Part shown: piece after piece, positions 13,007 to 16,381 of the stretch
How positions within the stretch are numbered: the stretch's first letter is position 1
Layout of the letters: each line of letters begins with the position of its first letter
Source of the DNA: Candidatus Nanopusillus sp.
GTDB taxonomy: Archaea; Nanobdellota; Nanobdellia; Nanobdellales; Nanobdellaceae
Length of the DNA: 16,381 nt
Assembly: GCA_046533775.1 (NCBI GenBank)
Contig: JAWDOO010000009.1
Span: forward strand, 1-16,381
Direction of reading: 5' to 3'
Notes under the pieces: generated by a model
What the model was told of the DNA's origin: nothing
The model's database searches: none
The model's input: the letters and a program-made list of their open reading frames with translations, nothing else
Program-made: the position numbers and the translations under genes

Positions 13007-14932
13007 TTATTCTTCAGCTTTTTCCTTTTCTTTTTTACCTCCCTTTCTTGATTCTATTAATACTGCAGCTATTATTATTATTGCCAATATTACTAATATC
13101 CAGAATATTAATTCTGATGAGGGCAATGATACTGAAGGTACTTGAGATACTGAATATGTTTCATTTAATGAATATAATAATTGTCCTGTTTGTTGATCTA
13201 TTATATTTACATATACTGTTACATTATTACTTTCTGCAGTTACATTCAGTGGTATTTGTTCTGTATATGTACCTCCTATTTGTATTTCTTGTTGTTCTGG
13301 ATATACTTCTCCTCCAACAGCATATGCCTGTATTAATAAGTTATATATCTGTGTTGTATTTGAACTTATTATTAAATATATTGTTGAATTTTGTCCATAT
13401 TTTAATGATATATATCCAACCAAAGATGCACTTATTGGTTGTGGTACTATTACTGTTCCATTTACATATAAATTATATGTATATGTTTGTGATATTCCAT
13501 TATAATTAAATACAAATTCTATTGGATAATATCCTGCTGTTAAATTTCCTGGAATATATATTACTACTGGTAATTGTATTACTTGATTTGGTGATAATGT
13601 TATTGTTGATAATTGTTGGAATATATTTAATTGTGGTGATTCTACTATTGGTTGTACTTGTATATTCATTGGTAAGTTAGATTCTAAATTTGCATATAAT
13701 TCTATAAATTGTCCTGGTTTTACATTAAATGTATTTGTATATACACTTAATACATTTACCGGTTGTATATTTTGTTCATCTACTGTTATTGTATATTTAT
13801 ATTGATATACTTCTACTCCATTTTGATATACATATAATATTATTGTATAATATCCTGGCTGTAATCCTACTGTATTTAATGGTAATATTACCTCTCCCTG
13901 AGAACCTGGAGGTATTATTTGTGAACCTTGTAAATTATATATTAAATCTCCATATTGATCATATAATAACATTTGAACTGTTGCATTTACTGTTTGATAA
14001 CCTGGATTATTTATTAATACTTCTACATTATATATAGAATTTATTAAATTATTCAATGAATTAAAGTTTGGTGATACTGAAATTACTTGTATATTTTGTC
14101 CATTTTGATTATTTGATATATAGAATGATTGTTCTGTTTGTTGTGTCAATACTTGTCCATTAGATAGTACAACATTCAATTGTTCTAATACATACATTTC
14201 TCCTTGTACATTTTCTAAATAATAGTTTGGTATATTTACAGTTAATAAATTTTCTCCTGGTTGTAAATTTACATTTTCTTGTGTTTGGTATATAATATTT
14301 CCTTGAGAATTATATAATGTTAATATTAATGTAGAAGACTGTATATTTGTTTCAACATTTTGTAAATATACTACTGATTGTATATTTATTCCATATTGTT
14401 CTGCTTGTTGTTGTGAAATTGCTTCTGGTAATTGTACTAATGATAATGTCAAATTATATGGTACAAATGTTAAATTATATGTTTGATTTGCTGTTACATA
14501 TTCTAAACCTGATGAATATAATAATGTTACATTTGCCTGTACTGTGAAATTATAATATTGTTCTACTGAACATCCATAATATGTACATGAACTTGTTGAA
14601 CTATACTGTTGTACTAAATTTTCTAATTCTAAAGGATTTACTGATACCTGATATATGTTTAATCCTGTACATACTGATATAGGTTCATAATATTGATATA
14701 TTAATTGTCCATTTGGTGCATATATATTAAAGTACAAATCTGCCTCTTCCGGAGTTTCATTTACTCCATATAACTTTATTATAAATGTTAAATTATTTGC
14801 TGCATTTGCTAATATTGTTTGTGTTTGTGGTTCTATTATTATTTGTTGTGAATATACTCCCAATCCTAATAATACTAATCCTATTAAAAAACTAAACAAT
14901 CTTCTTATTGTTACTACTACTTTGTTATCCAT
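13007..14932 (-). CDS. Large secreted, C-terminally anchored adhesin-like surface protein with diverged repeated beta-sandwich (CARDB/Ig-like) modules (641 aa)
   Basis: ORF track. The signal peptide is RRLFSFLIGLVLLGLGVYS|QQ. A recurring module signature appears four times: NIYAPNGQLIYQY, TLYNSQGNIIYQT, LLYDQYGDLIYNL and NIIDQQTGQLLYSL, each followed by a PG-containing strand. There are at least a dozen N-x-S/T sequons. The C-terminus is a TM helix (LIFWILVILAIIIIAAVLI) plus a basic tail (ESRKGGKKEKEKAEE). Confidence 0.8.
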   Translation of the reverse strand: MDNKVVVTIRRLFSFLIGLVLLGLGVYSQQIIIEPQTQTILANAANNLTFIIKLYGVNETPEEADLYFNIYAPNGQLIYQYYEPISVCTGLNIYQVSVNPLELENLVQQYSSTSSCTYYGCSVEQYYNFTVQANVTLLYSSGLEYVTANQTYNLTFVPYNLTLSLVQLPEAISQQQAEQYGINIQSVVYLQNVETNIQSSTLILTLYNSQGNIIYQTQENVNLQPGENLLTVNIPNYYLENVQGEMYVLEQLNVVLSNGQVLTQQTEQSFYISNNQNGQNIQVISVSPNFNSLNNLINSIYNVEVLINNPGYQTVNATVQMLLYDQYGDLIYNLQGSQIIPPGSQGEVILPLNTVGLQPGYYTIILYVYQNGVEVYQYKYTITVDEQNIQPVNVLSVYTNTFNVKPGQFIELYANLESNLPMNIQVQPIVESPQLNIFQQLSTITLSPNQVIQLPVVIYIPGNLTAGYYPIEFVFNYNGISQTYTYNLYVNGTVIVPQPISASLVGYISLKYGQNSTIYLIISSNTTQIYNLLIQAYAVGGEVYPEQQEIQIGGTYTEQIPLNVTAESNNVTVYVNIIDQQTGQLLYSLNETYSVSQVPSVSLPSSELIFWILVILAIIIIAAVLIESRKGGKKEKEKAEE

Positions 14933-14955
14933 AATTTAATTTATGATAGAAAAAT

Positions 14956-14963
14956 TTATAAAA
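14956..14963 (-). promoter_or_regulatory. Candidate archaeal TATA box (TTTTATAA on the minus strand) for the 641-aa surface protein gene; implies a leaderless mRNA
   Basis: The minus strand reads AACTTTTATAAATT, with exactly 23 nt between the octamer and the ATG at 14932. The octamer and spacing are the same as at 3824-3831 upstream of the other large surface protein gene. Confidence 0.35.
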
Positions 14964-14967
14964 GTTA

Positions 14968-15732
14968 TTACTTGATAGATAATATATCACTATCACCAGG
15001 AAGATATCCTAATATAATATTGTAATCAACTTTAAAAACATTTTCTAACTGTTTTGCAATATCTATTGGTTTTTTATTTCCTGGAATTAATATAACATAT
15101 CTTTTATATTTATCTTTTATACTTTCAGGTACTCCTGGAATAATATTATAATCTTCAAAAGCCAACGCAATTTCCAAATTCACTTTTATATAATTTTTCT
15201 CTCCATATATCATAAAAGATCCTTTTTTTAAATACATTCCAGAAGGTGCCTTTTTAGATACCTGATCTGGATATACATAATATATATCTATAGAAGATAA
15301 CTTATTTTTCCATGCTCTAGAATATGATCCAACAAATTTTGCAGCTTCATATATATCTATTTCACTTGCATTTTTTCCATTTTTTAATATACCAAAGGGG
15401 GATCCTACAATATCTGCATGGAATACTAAATCATTTTTTTCTAAATATTTATTTATAATAATTTCATTTGTAATAGAATCTTTCCCAGCAATTAATAGAA
15501 AATTATTTGTTGTAAACATCCATCTAAATTTCTCATACCATTTTTTATTTCTCTTAATTTCTTCTTTTCTTTTTTCAATAATTATTTTTTCCTCAATATT
15601 ATTTAATTTTTCTTCCAATTCTTTTATTAATTTTTCTATCTTTTGCTTTTTATTCTTTAATTCTTTTATTTTTTCATATATTTCATTTATATTTTCATAT
15701 ATACTTTTTCTAGTATCAATTTTTATTTCCAT
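14968..15732 (-). CDS. NFACT-family (Rqc2/NEMF/FbpA-like) protein, C-terminal half only: coiled-coil helix + NFACT-R (DUF814) + C-terminal domain (254 aa from Met at 15732)
   Basis: ORF track (14968..15810), with the start moved to the internal ATG at 15732 (MEIKIDTRKS...). It has a long K/E-rich helix followed by KKWYEKFRWMFTTNNFLLIAGKDSITNEIIINKYLEKNDLVFHADIVGSPFGILK. This is the characteristic W-[FY]-E-K-F-R-W-F ... D-x-x-F-H-A NFACT-R signature. Confidence 0.85.
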   Translation of the reverse strand: MEIKIDTRKSIYENINEIYEKIKELKNKKQKIEKLIKELEEKLNNIEEKIIIEKRKEEIKRNKKWYEKFRWMFTTNNFLLIAGKDSITNEIIINKYLEKNDLVFHADIVGSPFGILKNGKNASEIDIYEAAKFVGSYSRAWKNKLSSIDIYYVYPDQVSKKAPSGMYLKKGSFMIYGEKNYIKVNLEIALAFEDYNIIPGVPESIKDKYKRYVILIPGNKKPIDIAKQLENVFKVDYNIILGYLPGDSDILSIK

Positions 15733-16381
15733 TTTTCCAACAAATATTATAAAATGCACATTTTTTGCATTTTTCTGAAAATTTCTTTCCAGGATCTTCT
15801 TTTTTATCAATCATATCAATTATTTTATCTTTTATATCAAGTATTTTTTTTATTTCATTATTATTTCTAAACTCTATTTCTATTTTATGATTATCTTTTG
15901 CATATAATAGTATACCTTTCCTTATATCATAATTTGGAAATTCATCCTTTAATAATAAATAATATGAATATAATTGTGTAATATGTTCCCTTCTAAAAAA
16001 TCCAGATTTTATTTCATAAGGTATTATATACTTTTTATATATTTCTAATCTATCTATTCTTCCAACTATATTATATTTTAAAGATGTAACATCAAGTTCC
16101 GTCTTTATTTTTGGTTCTAAGAATTCCCATAATTCTATTCCATATAAATCATTATCTTTCATAAAATTATATACATTTTTTGCTCTATCTTCTATATCTT
16201 TTATTACATAACTATATGCCCTTATTTTTATATCGTTTTTATCTAAATTTAAATTTTTTATTTGTTCTTCAAATTCTTTTATAGATTCTTCCAACAATTT
16301 TATTAAAAAACTATTATATAAATTTAATATTTTTTCATATTCAACAAACTCTTTTATATTAAATATTATTTCTTTCTCTTT
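15716..16381 (-). CDS. Cas4-like PD-(D/E)xK nuclease with a C-terminal Fe-S cysteine cluster; the N-terminus lies beyond the window
   Basis: ORF track (15716..16297, TTG-initiated). The same frame remains open to the window edge (KEKEIIFNIKEFVEYEKILNLYNSFLIKLLEES...), so the true start is probably upstream of 16381. The nuclease core is VGRIDRL...IPYEIKSG...QLYSYYLL (D, ExK, QxxxY), and the C-terminus is CKKCAFYNIC (C-x2-C-x5-C). The expected N-terminal fourth Cys is not in the visible part. Confidence 0.78.
   Translation of the reverse strand, partial: KEKEIIFNIKEFVEYEKILNLYNSFLIKLLEESIKEFEEQIKNLNLDKNDIKIRAYSYVIKDIEDRAKNVYNFMKDNDLYGIELWEFLEPKIKTELDVTSLKYNIVGRIDRLEIYKKYIIPYEIKSGFFRREHITQLYSYYLLLKDEFPNYDIRKGILLYAKDNHKIEIEFRNNNEIKKILDIKDKIIDMIDKKEDPGKKFSEKCKKCAFYNICWKNGNKN

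Noticed and set aside
13048-14547. Three plus-strand ORFs (13048..13509, 13729..14037, 14347..14547), rich in L/I/H/Y
   Set aside because: All are antisense to the 641-aa surface protein gene. Their composition is the mirror of its Gln/Asn/Tyr/Val codons (CAA/AAT/TAT/GTA read backwards), and they have no motifs.
15733-15810. 26-codon N-terminal extension of the NFACT ORF (MIKKKILERNFQKNAKNVHFIIFVGK)
   Set aside because: It would overlap the Cas4-like gene's conserved Cys-cluster codons by 95 nt in another frame. The internal ATG at 15732 (MEIKID...) gives a 17-nt overlap and starts at the beginning of the coiled-coil helix.
15716-16381. CRISPR array or cas operon associated with the Cas4-like gene
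   Set aside because: No spaced direct repeats were seen anywhere in the window and coding density leaves no room for an array. Nothing can be said about the sequence beyond 16381.
1-16381. Alternative genetic code or programmed recoding
   Set aside because: All conserved proteins (GlyRS, RNase J, ATPase, EF-2, Dph6) translate uninterrupted with the standard code and end at ordinary stops, so there are no in-frame stops needing reassignment.

Overview
This is a very AT-rich, tightly packed archaeal chromosome segment. Gaps between genes are short, there are four ATGA start/stop overlaps, one 17-nt gene overlap and one stop/stop overlap. Archaeal identity rests on readable protein motifs: aEF-2 with the diphthamide histidine, an RNase J-type beta-CASP nuclease, a FlaI/PilB-family ATPase with a FlaJ/TadC-like platform protein, an MJ0570/Dph6-type PP-loop enzyme, an NFACT (Rqc2-like) C-terminal half, a Cas4-like nuclease and an archaeal/eukaryotic-type GlyRS. 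The composition, compaction, an apparently split gene and a single GC-rich structured-RNA island suggest a reduced-genome, probably thermophilic DPANN/Nanoarchaeota-like organism; this is inference only, with no database search possible. Three CDSs were added by hand because they are missing from the ORF track: a partial GlyRS (1..1321, minus), a 56-aa CxxC/HxxC protein (8373..8543, minus) and a 58-aa CDGSH iron-sulfur protein (10901..11077, minus). The leads most worth follow-up are: (1) Dph6 translationally coupled to a stand-alone glutamine amidotransferase, close to its substrate EF-2; (2) an ACA-tailed hairpin fused to a C/D-box-like sRNA in the only GC-rich intergenic patch; (3) a minimal type IV pilus-like module with a half-size platform protein and pilin candidates with 3-residue leaders, surrounded by two large glycoprotein-like surface proteins that share promoter spacing and signal-peptide cleavage context, which may be an attachment apparatus; (4) an NFACT/Rqc2 homologue that starts inside the coiled coil (split gene) and overlaps a solo Cas4-like nuclease. 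All coordinates of hand-called motifs come from manual counting and should be re-derived computationally.
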